47,784 bases of DNA, from IMG/VR virus record IMGVR_UViG_2706794696_000014, one strand, 5' to 3'. The position numbers and the translations under genes are program-made. The notes under the pieces were generated by a model. The model had not been told where the DNA came from and made no database searches. It saw only the letters and a list, made by a program, of their open reading frames with translations. This DNA is from a virus. Lineage: Duplodnaviria; Heunggongvirae; Uroviricota; Caudoviricetes. This document shows, in pieces, positions 19,280 to 29,203 of the stretch. Position 1 is the first letter of the stretch. Each line of letters starts with the position of its first letter.

Positions 19280-19305
19280 TTAGCTCGCTACGGCGAGCTT
19301 TTTAT
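19280..19305 (+). terminator. Rho-independent terminator after the lipoprotein pair
   Basis: AGCTCGC-tacg-GCGAGCT followed by TTTTTAT. Confidence 0.6.
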
Positions 19306-19407
19306 ATTGCATCGTCTCCAGCATATATATCAATTAAGGCTCTGATTGATGTGTCTGAAAGCCTACACATAATAACTATGCCATCCGTTCCGTGCGGAGG
19401 TGAGGCT

Positions 19408-19623
19408 ATGAAATCCATGGACAAAATTTCAACAGGCATTGCCTACGGCACCTCCGCAGGCAGTGCTGGCTACTGGTTTTTACAGTTGCTCGATAGAGTA
19501 ACTCCGTCACAGTGGGCTGCAATCGGTGTGCTGGGTAGTCTGGTATTTGGCCTGCTGACGTACCTGACAAACCTTTATTTCAAGATTAAAGAAGATAAGC
19601 GCAAGGCTGCGAGAGGTGAATAA
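19408..19623 (+). CDS. Pinholin (phage 21 S21-like, class II holin) with dual-start motif, 71 aa
   Basis: [71 protein letters not shown]; two TM helices; Met1-Lys-Ser-Met4 dual start; GGAGG Shine-Dalgarno. Confidence 0.85.
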   Translation: MKSMDKISTGIAYGTSAGSAGYWFLQLLDRVTPSQWAAIGVLGSLVFGLLTYLTNLYFKIKEDKRKAARGE

Positions 19624-20120
19624 TGCCTCCATCATTACGAAAAGTCGTTGCTGCTGCTATTGGTGGCGGAGCAATTGCTATAGCATCAGTGTTAATCACT
19701 GGCCCAAGTGGTAACGATGGTCTGGAAGGTGTCAGCTACATACCATACAAAGATATTGTTGGTGTATGGACTGTATGTCACGGGCATACAGGAAAAGACA
19801 TCATGCTCGGTAAAACGTATACCAAAGCAGAATGCAAAACACTCTTGAATAAAGACCTTGCCACTGTCGCCAGACAAATTAACCCGTACATCAAAGTCGA
19901 TATACCGGAAACAACGCGCGGCGCTCTTTACTCATTCGTTTACAACGTGGGTGCTGGCAATTTCAGAACATCGACGCTTCTTCGCAAAATAAACCAGGGC
20001 GATATCAAAGGCGCATGTGATCAGCTACGGCGCTGGACATACGCTGGCGGTAAGCAATGGAAAGGTCTCATGACTCGTCGTGAGATTGAGCGTGAAATCT
20101 GTTTGTGGGGTCAGCAATGA
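19623..20120 (+). CDS. SAR endolysin (phage lysozyme with N-terminal signal-anchor-release domain), 165 aa
   Basis: Gly/Ala-rich weakly hydrophobic N-terminus ([20 protein letters not shown]) followed by a lysozyme-like catalytic region; start overlaps the holin stop (TAATG). Confidence 0.85.
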   Translation: MPPSLRKVVAAAIGGGAIAIASVLITGPSGNDGLEGVSYIPYKDIVGVWTVCHGHTGKDIMLGKTYTKAECKTLLNKDLATVARQINPYIKVDIPETTRGALYSFVYNVGAGNFRTSTLLRKINQGDIKGACDQLRRWTYAGGKQWKGLMTRREIEREICLWGQQ

Positions 20121-20581
20121 ACAGAGTAACCGCGATTATCTCCGCTCTGGTTATCTGCATCATCGTCTGCCTGTCATGGGCTGTTAATCATTACCGTGAT
20201 AACGCCATTACCTACAAAGCCCAGCGCGACAAAAATGCCAGAGAACTGAAGCTGGCGAACGCGGCAATTACTGACATGCAGATGCGTCAGCGTGATGTTG
20301 CTGCGCTCGATGCAAAATACACGAAGGAGTTAGCTGATGCGAAAGCTGAAAATGATGCTCTGCGTGATGATGTTGCCGCTGGTCGTCGTCGGTTGCACAT
20401 CAAAGCAGTCTGTCAGTCAGTGCGTGAAGCCACCACCGCCTCCGGCGTGGATAATGCAGCCTCCCCCCGACTGGCAGACACCGCTGAACGGGATTATTTC
20501 ACCCTCCGGGAACGACTGGTAATGATGCAGGCCCAACTTGAAGGTGCTCAGCAATACATAACCGAGCAGTGTTTAAAGTAA
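20117..20581 (+). CDS. Rz-like i-spanin, 153 aa
   Basis: N-terminal TM helix and coiled-coil periplasmic domain; start overlaps the endolysin stop (ATGA). Confidence 0.8.
   Translation: MNRVTAIISALVICIIVCLSWAVNHYRDNAITYKAQRDKNARELKLANAAITDMQMRQRDVAALDAKYTKELADAKAENDALRDDVAAGRRRLHIKAVCQSVREATTASGVDNAASPRLADTAERDYFTLRERLVMMQAQLEGAQQYITEQCLK
20337..20522 (+). CDS. Rz1-like o-spanin lipoprotein, 61 aa, embedded in the +1 frame inside Rz
   Basis: [24 protein letters not shown]... with lipobox VVGC and a proline-rich stretch ([15 protein letters not shown]); AAGGAG Shine-Dalgarno inside Rz. Confidence 0.8.
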   Translation: MRKLKMMLCVMMLPLVVVGCTSKQSVSQCVKPPPPPAWIMQPPPDWQTPLNGIISPSGNDW

Positions 20582-20718
20582 AATCTTAACTACAATATGA
20601 TTCATTTTGATGATTGTTTCATAAGGAACAGTGAAGTAAGATCTAAGAGGAGTTAAATTTTATACAGTATAATCATAATATTGCAGCAAGGTGGTTATAA
20701 TTGAAAGAATATTTAGAT

Positions 20719-22176
20719 ATGAATACATCTCATGTAAGAGTTGTTACTCATATGTGTGGGTTCCTGGTTTGGCTCTATAGTCTTTCAATGTTGCCACCAA
20801 TGGTTGTAGCATTGTTTTATAAAGAAAAAAGCCTGTTCGTTTTCTTTATAACTTTCGTTATATTTTTTTGCATTGGTGGCGGAGCGTGGTATACAACTAA
20901 GAAATCTGGCATTCAATTACGTACCCGTGATGGGTTTATTATAATTGTAATGTTTTGGATTTTGTTTTCTGTTATTAGTGCATTCCCTTTATGGATTGAC
21001 TCAGAACTTAATTTAACGTTCATTGATGCTCTGTTTGAAGGGGTTTCTGGAATAACAACAACAGGAGCAACTGTAATTGATGATGTTAGTTCATTACCTC
21101 GGGCATATTTGTACTATCGGTCACAGTTAAATTTTATAGGTGGTTTAGGAGTTATTGTTCTGGCGGTTGCAGTATTGCCATTATTGGGTATTGGTGGTGC
21201 AAAGCTTTATCAGTCAGAAATGCCGGGGCCATTTAAGGATGACAAACTCACTCCCCGCCTGGCCGATACGTCACGGACACTGTGGATAACTTATTCTTTA
21301 TTAGGTATTGCTTGTATTGTCTGTTATAGACTTGCAGGAATGCCTTTGTTTGATGCTATTTGTCACGGGATTTCCACAGTTTCGCTTGGTGGTTTCTCAA
21401 CTCATAGCGAGAGTATCGGATATTTTAATAACTATTTGGTTGAGCTGGTGGCTGGTTCTTTTTCCCTGCTATCGGCTTTCAACTTCACTCTTTGGTATAT
21501 TGTTATTAGCAGAAAAACGATAAAACCTTTAATCAGAGATATTGAACTTCGTTTCTTTCTGTTAATAGCCTTAGGGGTGATCATTGTTACCTCTTTCCAG
21601 GTCTGGCATATAGGTATGTATGACTTGCATGGAAGTTTTATTCATTCGTTTTTTCTTGCCAGCTCCATGCTCACTGATAATGGTTTAGCTACGCAGGATT
21701 ATGCAAACTGGCCCACGCACACGATAGTGTTTTTGCTGTTGTCAAGTTTCTTTGGGGGATGTATAGGTTCAACCTGTGGTGGAATTAAGTCACTTCGATT
21801 TCTTATACTTTTCAAACAAAGCAAACACGAGATAAATCAGCTTTCTCATCCCAGAGCGTTGTTGAGTGTAAATGTAGGAGGGAAGATAGTTACAGATCGT
21901 GTAATGAGGTCTGTATGGAGTTTCTTTTTTCTTTATACTCTCTTCACGGTGTTTTTTATACTGGTGTTAAATGGTATGGGATATGATTTTCTTACATCAT
22001 TTGCAACAGTGGCTGCATGTATTAATAATATGGGATTAGGTTTTGGGGCTACTGCATCGTCATTCGGAGTGCTTAATGACATTGCAAAATATTTAATGTG
22101 CATAGCTATGATTCTTGGTCGCCTTGAAATTTATCCTGTTATTATATTGTTTTCAGGTTTTTTTTGGCGCTCCTAA
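20719..22176 (+). CDS. trkG: Trk-system potassium uptake protein TrkG (TrkH/TrkG family), 485 aa
   Basis: Polytopic membrane protein starting MNTSHVRVVTHMCGFLVWLYSLSMLPPMVVALFYKEK; AT-rich codon usage; sits right after the lysis cassette as in Rac. Confidence 0.85.
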   Translation: MNTSHVRVVTHMCGFLVWLYSLSMLPPMVVALFYKEKSLFVFFITFVIFFCIGGGAWYTTKKSGIQLRTRDGFIIIVMFWILFSVISAFPLWIDSELNLTFIDALFEGVSGITTTGATVIDDVSSLPRAYLYYRSQLNFIGGLGVIVLAVAVLPLLGIGGAKLYQSEMPGPFKDDKLTPRLADTSRTLWITYSLLGIACIVCYRLAGMPLFDAICHGISTVSLGGFSTHSESIGYFNNYLVELVAGSFSLLSAFNFTLWYIVISRKTIKPLIRDIELRFFLLIALGVIIVTSFQVWHIGMYDLHGSFIHSFFLASSMLTDNGLATQDYANWPTHTIVFLLLSSFFGGCIGSTCGGIKSLRFLILFKQSKHEINQLSHPRALLSVNVGGKIVTDRVMRSVWSFFFLYTLFTVFFILVLNGMGYDFLTSFATVAACINNMGLGFGATASSFGVLNDIAKYLMCIAMILGRLEIYPVIILFSGFFWRS

Positions 22177-22313
22177 TATATGGCTGATTTATAATTGTGA
22201 GTTTAATATTATGTTGACTCACTCATTGATCCAATACCTAACTTTACCAGCAACACCTCCGCCCCCAGTAGCACTGGCTGCTGGGGTGCGTTTTATTCAT
22301 AAAGCAAGGCTGT

Positions 22314-23102
22314 ATGAGCGAGAAATTAAAGATAGTCTATCGCCCATTACAAGAATTGTCACCGTATGCGCACAACGCCAGGACGCACAGTACTGAGCAG
22401 GTGGCACAACTGGTAGAAAGTATTAAGCAATTCGGCTGGACTAATCCGGTGCTGATTGACGAAAAGGGCGAAATTATTGCGGGTCACGGTCGTGTTATGG
22501 CGGCTGAAATGCTCAAAATGGATTCTGTTCCGGTCATTGTTCTGTCTGGCCTGACGGATGAGCAGAAAAAGGCGTACCGCCTGGCAGATAATCGCCTGCC
22601 GATGAATGCTGGCTGGGATGAAGATCTGTTGCGGATGGAGCTGTCGGACCTAATCAATGCTGATTTTGATGTCTCCCTGACAGGCTTCATCCCGGCAGAA
22701 ATTGATGAACTGTTGACGGATGTTTTGCCCGGTACAGGAAATGAGGAGGAGCCGTATACGACGAAAATTGATACGCCTGTTTATGAGCCGTCAGGCGGTA
22801 AACCGGATATCAGTGAACTGTACGACGATACGAAAACTCAGGAGCTGATCAGCCGGATACGTTCGGCGTCCCTTGATCCTGATATTGAGAAATTCCTCCT
22901 GTGTGCAGCAGAACGTCACACGGTGTTTAATTTCAGCAGAATTGCGGACTATTACGCTCATGCCCCCGCTGAAATTCAGTGCCTTTTCGAGGAGTCGGCG
23001 CTGGTGATCATTGATTATCAGCAGGCTATTGAAAATGGATTTGTCCGAATGACGCAGCGCATGGTGGAGATCATGCATGGCGGGGAGGAGGAATATGCGT
23101 GA
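22314..23102 (+). CDS. ynaK: ParB-like nuclease domain protein (ParB/sulfiredoxin fold), 262 aa; probably the full-length form of ynaK
   Basis: N-terminal ParB-box-like region (VYRPLQELSPYAHNARTHSTEQVAQLVESIKQFGWTNPVLIDEKGEIIAGHGRVMAA); located upstream of the terminase genes. Confidence 0.65.
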   Translation: MSEKLKIVYRPLQELSPYAHNARTHSTEQVAQLVESIKQFGWTNPVLIDEKGEIIAGHGRVMAAEMLKMDSVPVIVLSGLTDEQKKAYRLADNRLPMNAGWDEDLLRMELSDLINADFDVSLTGFIPAEIDELLTDVLPGTGNEEEPYTTKIDTPVYEPSGGKPDISELYDDTKTQELISRIRSASLDPDIEKFLLCAAERHTVFNFSRIADYYAHAPAEIQCLFEESALVIIDYQQAIENGFVRMTQRMVEIMHGGEEEYA

Positions 23103-24027
23103 TGATTTTTGCGCCTTTATTCTGACTCACGGGCGACCGGACAAAGTTCTGACTTACCGGACGTTGCGTCGTGCTGGCTATACCGGGAAAATTTTTATCG
23201 TTGTTGATGATGAAGATAAGACACGGCATCAGTACATGGCTGAATTTGGTGAACAGGTGCTGGTATTTTCCAAAGCCGATATTGCTAGTCGTTTTGACGA
23301 AGCCGATAATTTTAGTGACCGCCGCTCAATTTTTTACGCCCGTAATGCCTGTTTCGACCAGGCAAAACTGGTCGGGTGTAAATACTTCATTCAGCTCGAT
23401 GATGATTATCACGAGTTCCAGTTTCGGGTGGATCGCAACTATGACCAGGCCTATTTCCCGATAAGGAAACTGGATGAGATCCTTTCTGAAATGCTTGCGT
23501 ACTACGAATCAATACCTGCTCTTTCCATCGCTATGTCGCAGGGCGGGGATTTTCTTGGTGACAATGGCGGCCATGCTTCGTGGGTGAAACGCAAGGCAAT
23601 GAACAGCTTTATCTGTTCGGTTGATCGACCGTTCTCATTCATGGGGCGCATTAACGAGGATGTGAATACGTACACGAATCTCGGTCGCTGTGGTGAATTG
23701 TTTATGACGATCGGTGCTGTCCAGTTAGGGCAGAAACAGACGCAGAAAAACAGCGGCGGAATGACCGAGCTGTATCTGGATTCCGGAACCTACGTTAAAA
23801 GTTTTTACTCCGTCATGTATGCGCCGTCGTGCGTAAAAATCTCACTTATGGGTGCCAGTCATAAACGCATTCACCATCAGGTCACCTGGAACAACGCTGC
23901 AGTAAAAATCCTTCACGAAAAATACAGGAAGAAGACACCCTGCATATCAATGGGGGTGACAAATGATTCCGTATTCGAAAGTCGAGTCTCTGGCAGCGTG
24001 CCGGATGACTGCACAACAAATCGCTGA
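23095..24027 (+). CDS. Hypothetical protein, 310 aa, translationally coupled to the ParB-like gene; function unknown
   Basis: ATG at 23095 after GGAGGAGG, overlapping the ParB-like stop by 8 nt; contains an acidic DDDY stretch; no family recognised. Confidence 0.55.
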   Translation: MRDDFCAFILTHGRPDKVLTYRTLRRAGYTGKIFIVVDDEDKTRHQYMAEFGEQVLVFSKADIASRFDEADNFSDRRSIFYARNACFDQAKLVGCKYFIQLDDDYHEFQFRVDRNYDQAYFPIRKLDEILSEMLAYYESIPALSIAMSQGGDFLGDNGGHASWVKRKAMNSFICSVDRPFSFMGRINEDVNTYTNLGRCGELFMTIGAVQLGQKQTQKNSGGMTELYLDSGTYVKSFYSVMYAPSCVKISLMGASHKRIHHQVTWNNAAVKILHEKYRKKTPCISMGVTNDSVFESRVSGSVPDDCTTNR

Positions 24028-24214
24028 CGTTCTGGATGTTGATCTGAACCGACTGAAAGAAAATCGGGAAGCAATGACAGATTTTTATGCGGCCATCCGT
24101 AAGGGCAGAGCGAAAGGTGAAGCCGAGTTACGAGCGGCATTGTTTAAGCTTGCCAGAAAAGGGGATGCCTTTGCTCTGCGCGAACTACTCAGGGTGGATA
24201 AAAATCAGGACTAA
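23963..24214 (+). CDS. Small protein upstream of the terminase small subunit (possible DNA-binding / packaging accessory), 83 aa
   Basis: 83-aa ORF ending 4 nt before the small-terminase start; basic, helical; overlaps the 3' end of the previous gene. Confidence 0.4.
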   Translation: MIPYSKVESLAACRMTAQQIADVLDVDLNRLKENREAMTDFYAAIRKGRAKGEAELRAALFKLARKGDAFALRELLRVDKNQD

Positions 24215-24217
24215 CTG

Positions 24218-25312
24218 ATGAGCAGACCGGACTGGGGGGCGTTGCAGCAGGAGTATATTGCTGAATACACCCGCTCCGGTATATCTCCGGTGGCATGGTG
24301 TGAAGCAAGGGGACTGAATTACGCAACAGCCCGTCGTTACATCAAAAAAACTCCGAAAAATGCGCAGACAGAAATGTGCAAAACTGCGCAAAAAAGTGCG
24401 CAGAAAAAATCTGCGCAGACTGCACAAAAGCGGAACGAAAAATCTCAGGAAAAAAAGCCAGTATTCGATGCGGGCCTGAATGAGGGCGACGCGGAGGAAT
24501 TTTCGTTCTGTCCCGATGAATTCGGCATTTCTGACCAGCAGGCTAAGTTTGCGATGCTTGTTGCTCAGGGTAAAAAGCCGACAGAGGCGTACCGACTAGC
24601 CGGTTATGAGGGGCAAGGTGCGACAGCTAACAGCAACGCCAGTCGTATGCTTAGAAATGCCAGGGTTTTTCGCGCTATCAGCTACTTCCGCAATCAGTAC
24701 CAGAAACGCTATACCGCAGACCTGGATTTACTAGTGAGTCAGTTGATGGCTATTGTCCTGGCCGACCCCAATCAGCTTGCACAATTTCGCCGTGTTAACT
24801 GCCGTTATTGCTGGGGCGAGAATCATCTCTACCAGTGGCGCGATATAGCAGAATTCGACAAGGCAGCGGCGCAGGCTTCCAGAGATGGCAAACCCGAACC
24901 GGAATATGGAGGCCTCGGCTTTGTTGATAACGCCATACCCAATCCGGACTGCCCGAAGTGCTGCGGTGAGGGAACGGGACAGCTTTATATGGCTGATACC
25001 ACTCTGCTTGATGGGGATGCGCGGCAATTATATGCAGGGGCAAAATTCGGAAAATTCGGCGTTGAGATCCTGCTGGAGGATAAGGCTGCCGCCCGGCGTG
25101 AATTGTTGCGTTTGTTTTCTGCTGGCGGGGCTTTATGTGCAGATAAGCGGCTACGGGAACTGGAAATTGAACGGCGCAGAATGGAAAACCAGAAGCTGCG
25201 CAAAGAGATCGAAACGGTGGAAGATAATGAACATCCCCAGCCTGTGGCGATCAATATTAATGTGGTTGATGCCAGAGTAAGGAGTGATGAAGATGATCTC
25301 TCCGACGCTTAA
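24218..25312 (+). CDS. Terminase small subunit, 364 aa
   Basis: Immediately upstream of and overlapping the large terminase; N-terminal HTH-like region and basic repeats (KTAQKSAQKKSAQTAQK). Confidence 0.7.
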   Translation: MSRPDWGALQQEYIAEYTRSGISPVAWCEARGLNYATARRYIKKTPKNAQTEMCKTAQKSAQKKSAQTAQKRNEKSQEKKPVFDAGLNEGDAEEFSFCPDEFGISDQQAKFAMLVAQGKKPTEAYRLAGYEGQGATANSNASRMLRNARVFRAISYFRNQYQKRYTADLDLLVSQLMAIVLADPNQLAQFRRVNCRYCWGENHLYQWRDIAEFDKAAAQASRDGKPEPEYGGLGFVDNAIPNPDCPKCCGEGTGQLYMADTTLLDGDARQLYAGAKFGKFGVEILLEDKAAARRELLRLFSAGGALCADKRLRELEIERRRMENQKLRKEIETVEDNEHPQPVAININVVDARVRSDEDDLSDA

Positions 25313-26594
25313 TGTGCCTCAGGCGCGATTTCTTTCAATGCCCCATAAATTTAAAGCCTATATTGCTGGTTTTGGCTCGGGCAAAACATGGGTTGGGTGT
25401 GGCGGCATATGCAAGGGGATTTGGGAGCATCCAGGTATAAATCAGGGATATTTTGCGCCAACGTATCCCCAAATTCGCGATATTTTTTACCCTACAGTGG
25501 AAGAAGTTGCTGCTGACTGGGGATTGAACGTAAAAATTAATGAGGGAAATAAAGAGGTTCACTTTTATTACGGACGCCAGTATCGGGGAACCACTATCTG
25601 CAGATCGATGGAGAAGCCACAAACGATCGTCGGTTTCAAAATTGGTAATGCGTTGGTGGATGAACTGGACATTTTGCCGAAGGAAAAAGCCAGAACGGCG
25701 TGGCGCAAGATAATTGCACGTATGCGTTATAAGATTGATGGACTTCGCAACGGTATTGACGTTACAACCACGCCGGAAGGATTCAAATTTGTCTACGAGC
25801 AGTTTGTTAAAGCCGTGCGTGAAAAAACAGAGCTGGCCTCACTGTATGGTCTGGTGCAGGCATCTACTTTCGATAATGAAAAGAACCTGCCAGCAGATTA
25901 CATTCCTTCGCTTCTTGAATCATACCCTCCAGAGCTGATTAAAGCCTATCTTCGAGGACAGTTTACTAACCTGACAAGTGGTACTGTTTACCATCAGTTT
26001 GACCGGAAACTGAATAATTGCGAAGAAGTGGAGCAGCCAGGGGAGCCGATTTATATTGGGATGGATTTTAACGTTGGAAAGATGGCGGGAATCGTCCATG
26101 TGCTGCGTTTGGGGCTTCCATGTGCGGTAACTGAAATCATCAATGCCTACGATACGCCGGATATGATCCGCATCATTAAAGAACGCTTCTGGCTGTATGA
26201 TGGGAATGATTACCGGAAAGTGAGGGAAATTTATATTTATCCAGATGCTTCCGGGGATTCCAGAAAATCAAGTAACGCAAGTACGACGGATATAGCCCAG
26301 CTTAAGCAGGCTGGTTTTAACGTTGTGGTGAACAGCTCGAACCCGCCAGTAAAAGATCGCGTTAACTCAATGAATGCAATGTTCTGCAATGCCAATGGTG
26401 AGCGTCGCTATAAAGTTAATGTGAAGCGTTGCCCGTTATATGCCGAATCTCTGGAGCAACAGGTCTGGGATGAGAAGGGGGAGCCTGATAAAAAATCTGG
26501 CAATGATCACCCGAATGATGCCGGAGGTTATTTCATCGTTAAGCAATTCCCTATTGTCAAACCGACCGGAAGAGTCACATCACTTCGGATTTAA
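25287..26594 (+). CDS. Terminase large subunit (ATPase/nuclease), about 435 aa
   Basis: Walker A-like motif YIAGFGSGKTW near the N-terminus and acidic nuclease-type residues in the C-terminal part; TAAGGAG Shine-Dalgarno; followed by the portal gene. Confidence 0.85.
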   Translation: MKMISPTLNVPQARFLSMPHKFKAYIAGFGSGKTWVGCGGICKGIWEHPGINQGYFAPTYPQIRDIFYPTVEEVAADWGLNVKINEGNKEVHFYYGRQYRGTTICRSMEKPQTIVGFKIGNALVDELDILPKEKARTAWRKIIARMRYKIDGLRNGIDVTTTPEGFKFVYEQFVKAVREKTELASLYGLVQASTFDNEKNLPADYIPSLLESYPPELIKAYLRGQFTNLTSGTVYHQFDRKLNNCEEVEQPGEPIYIGMDFNVGKMAGIVHVLRLGLPCAVTEIINAYDTPDMIRIIKERFWLYDGNDYRKVREIYIYPDASGDSRKSSNASTTDIAQLKQAGFNVVVNSSNPPVKDRVNSMNAMFCNANGERRYKVNVKRCPLYAESLEQQVWDEKGEPDKKSGNDHPNDAGGYFIVKQFPIVKPTGRVTSLRI

Positions 26595-26596
26595 TT

Positions 26597-28003
26597 ATGG
26601 CTGATATATCAACACCCAACCTCGACTATAACGATATGCTGGAGGCGTGGGATATTAACGACGCACTGATGGGCGGTACGCTTGAAATGCGCAGGCAGGG
26701 GGAAAATTATCTCCCAAAATGGCCTAACGAAGATGAAGACGCTTATAAAAAACGCCTGTCTGTGGCTACGCTACTTCCTGTGTATGAAGAAAGCATCAAG
26801 CAAAATATTGGGCGCATATTTGCAGAGCCGACAGTATTGAGTGAGGAAACGCCGGCAAAAATCAGGGAATATGCAGAAAATATCGACATGGAGGGGAGCC
26901 GACTGGATGTGTGGGCGCAGCAATTTTTCAGCCTCGCATTTCAGTATGGTGTGGCACATGCGCTGGTGGACTATCCACGAACGGATATGAAAGAGATTCG
27001 GACAAAAGCCGATGAAAACGCGACCGGTGGTCGTCCGTACGTTACGATGCTGAATCCACGCCAGGTTATTGGATGGAAATCGAAAGTTGAAAAAGGGAAA
27101 GTTGTTCTCACTGATTTGCGTATAAAAGAGGTCATCATTATTGATGGTGATGATTTCGGGCAGAAGAAGGTGGAGCAGATCCGCCATATTATGCCCCGTC
27201 GAGTTGAAATTTATCGACGTAGCGAAGGCACTAATGGCGAATCTGTCTGGACGCTTCATGAGTCATGGAATACCAGCCGTGATGATATTCCTCTGGTAAC
27301 ACTGTACACGAAGAAAACAGGATTTATGCGTGGTACACCGCCATTGCTTAATCTTGGCTTGCTGAATATCAAGCACTGGCAAAGCCAGAGCGAGCAGGAC
27401 AATATTCTTCATGTTGCCCGCGTTCCATTGCTGGTGGCCTACGGGCTGGACAGGAATGAAGAACTGACGGTTGGTGCATCCACCGCTACGATTTTTGAGG
27501 ACAGAACAAAAAATGGCCTCGAATATGTTGAACATAGTGGCGCAGCGATAGAATCTGGCGAAACATCACTTGAGAAGCTGGAAAATCAGATGCGTCATGC
27601 CGGCGCTAAACTTCTGCGTGCTGAAAATACATCCACCAAATCTGTTGATCAGACTAATGAAGAGCGAATGCAGGAAAACTCGCCGCTTTATACAATGGCG
27701 AACTCCCTCGAAGATGCCCTCGATAATATTCTCCAGATAATGGCGGAATGGATCGGAGAGAGTTGCGGTGGCAATGTGGATGTGCGCACTGAACTGGATG
27801 TATCTGCCCAGGTGTTTGACTCATCCTCCGCGCTGGCTGTTCAGTCATTGCGTCAGGGCGGTGATATACGTCAGATTGATGCGGTTCGGGTGTTGCAGGC
27901 GTTGAAATTTATCGATCAGGATTCCCGTCCAGAGGAAGTGATCGATGAATTAAAAAATCAGAGTGTAATGCTGATGGAAATCAATGATGCAAACCGTGAA
28001 TGA
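26597..28003 (+). CDS. Portal protein, 468 aa
   Basis: Large ORF between the large terminase and the head morphogenesis gene; size and position typical of a portal. Confidence 0.8.
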   Translation: MADISTPNLDYNDMLEAWDINDALMGGTLEMRRQGENYLPKWPNEDEDAYKKRLSVATLLPVYEESIKQNIGRIFAEPTVLSEETPAKIREYAENIDMEGSRLDVWAQQFFSLAFQYGVAHALVDYPRTDMKEIRTKADENATGGRPYVTMLNPRQVIGWKSKVEKGKVVLTDLRIKEVIIIDGDDFGQKKVEQIRHIMPRRVEIYRRSEGTNGESVWTLHESWNTSRDDIPLVTLYTKKTGFMRGTPPLLNLGLLNIKHWQSQSEQDNILHVARVPLLVAYGLDRNEELTVGASTATIFEDRTKNGLEYVEHSGAAIESGETSLEKLENQMRHAGAKLLRAENTSTKSVDQTNEERMQENSPLYTMANSLEDALDNILQIMAEWIGESCGGNVDVRTELDVSAQVFDSSSALAVQSLRQGGDIRQIDAVRVLQALKFIDQDSRPEEVIDELKNQSVMLMEINDANRE

Positions 28004-29099
28004 ACGGCTGCGTGATGAATCAATTGCTCATGCAGTCTGGATATCCCGCTATAGCACTGGCGTGGCTGCCAGAATGGTGAAAATACTGAATGACAGCGAT
28101 GCGGAACTTACTGCTCGCCTGCTGATAGCACTGGACAGCCTCGATCCAGGTAGTTTTACCGTTAAGCGCCTGGAGTCACTTCTGGCGAGCGTCAGAGAGG
28201 TTAACCGCACTGCTATTAACAGCATGTTTACCAGTCTCTCCGGAGAGCTGAACGAGCTGGCAATTTATGAGGCTGGTTATCAGTTAAGTCTGTTTGATTC
28301 TATGCTACCTGATTTTGTTGCTGATGTTCACCCTCTGGTTGGTATCTCTCCTGATGCACTTTATGCCGCTGCAATGGCGCGACCATTCCAGGGACGACTG
28401 CTCAGTGAGTGGGCCTCAGATCTTGAGGCGGATCGGCTCAGACGCATAACAAATACAGTGCGTCAGGGTTTTTTGCTGGGGGATACCAATGAGCAGATCG
28501 CAAGAAAAATTCGGGGACATGTCAGTAAGGGATTTCAGGATGGTGCATTGCAGATGAGCCGGGCTAATGCGGCCAGCATTGCAAAAACAGCGGTTGGACA
28601 TCTTGCTGCTACTGCCCGTGAGAGTTTTGCCAGCGCGAATAATGATTTGATTAAGGGTAAGCAATGGTTATCAACGCTTGATAATCGTACTACGCCACAA
28701 TGTCGAATCAGGGATCGCCTCAAATATACGCTGAATAATAAACCTGTAGGTCACAGCGTGCCTTATTTGCAGGGGCCGGGAAAAATTCATTTCTGCTGCC
28801 GCTCAACGGAAACGTTCATTCTGAAATCAGCGAAGGAACTGGGTATTGATGTTCGCGATATTTCCCCGGCTGAGCGGGCCAGCATGGATGGCGTGGTGGC
28901 CGGAGATACAACCTACAGGGAATGGTTTTTGCGTCAGCCTTACACCAGACAAAAACAGATTGTGGGGGAAAGCCGAGCAAAGCTGATTCGGGATGGTGGT
29001 ATGTCGCCAGATGAATTTTACACCGATAAAGGCGAATGGCTGACGCTGAAGCAGCTCCGTGAGCGTGATGCACAGGTATTCAGAAAAGCAGGGATTTAA
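27984..29099 (+). CDS. Head morphogenesis protein (Mu gpF / SPP1 gp7-like minor head protein), 371 aa
   Basis: Follows and overlaps the portal gene; assigned by position and size. Confidence 0.7.
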   Translation: MMQTVNERLRDESIAHAVWISRYSTGVAARMVKILNDSDAELTARLLIALDSLDPGSFTVKRLESLLASVREVNRTAINSMFTSLSGELNELAIYEAGYQLSLFDSMLPDFVADVHPLVGISPDALYAAAMARPFQGRLLSEWASDLEADRLRRITNTVRQGFLLGDTNEQIARKIRGHVSKGFQDGALQMSRANAASIAKTAVGHLAATARESFASANNDLIKGKQWLSTLDNRTTPQCRIRDRLKYTLNNKPVGHSVPYLQGPGKIHFCCRSTETFILKSAKELGIDVRDISPAERASMDGVVAGDTTYREWFLRQPYTRQKQIVGESRAKLIRDGGMSPDEFYTDKGEWLTLKQLRERDAQVFRKAGI

Positions 29100-29117
29100 A
29101 TAAATCATTTATTACAA

Positions 29118-29145
29118 CAGGCTACCTTCGGGTGGCCTTTTTTAT
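29118..29145 (+). terminator. Rho-independent terminator with UUCG tetraloop
   Basis: GGCTACC-ttcg-GGTGGCC followed by TTTTTT. Confidence 0.6.
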
Positions 29146-29203
29146 TGCTGCGATCCGGATGGTGAGCAGCGTAACTGTCGGAAGACTTAAACCAGGTACT
29201 AAT

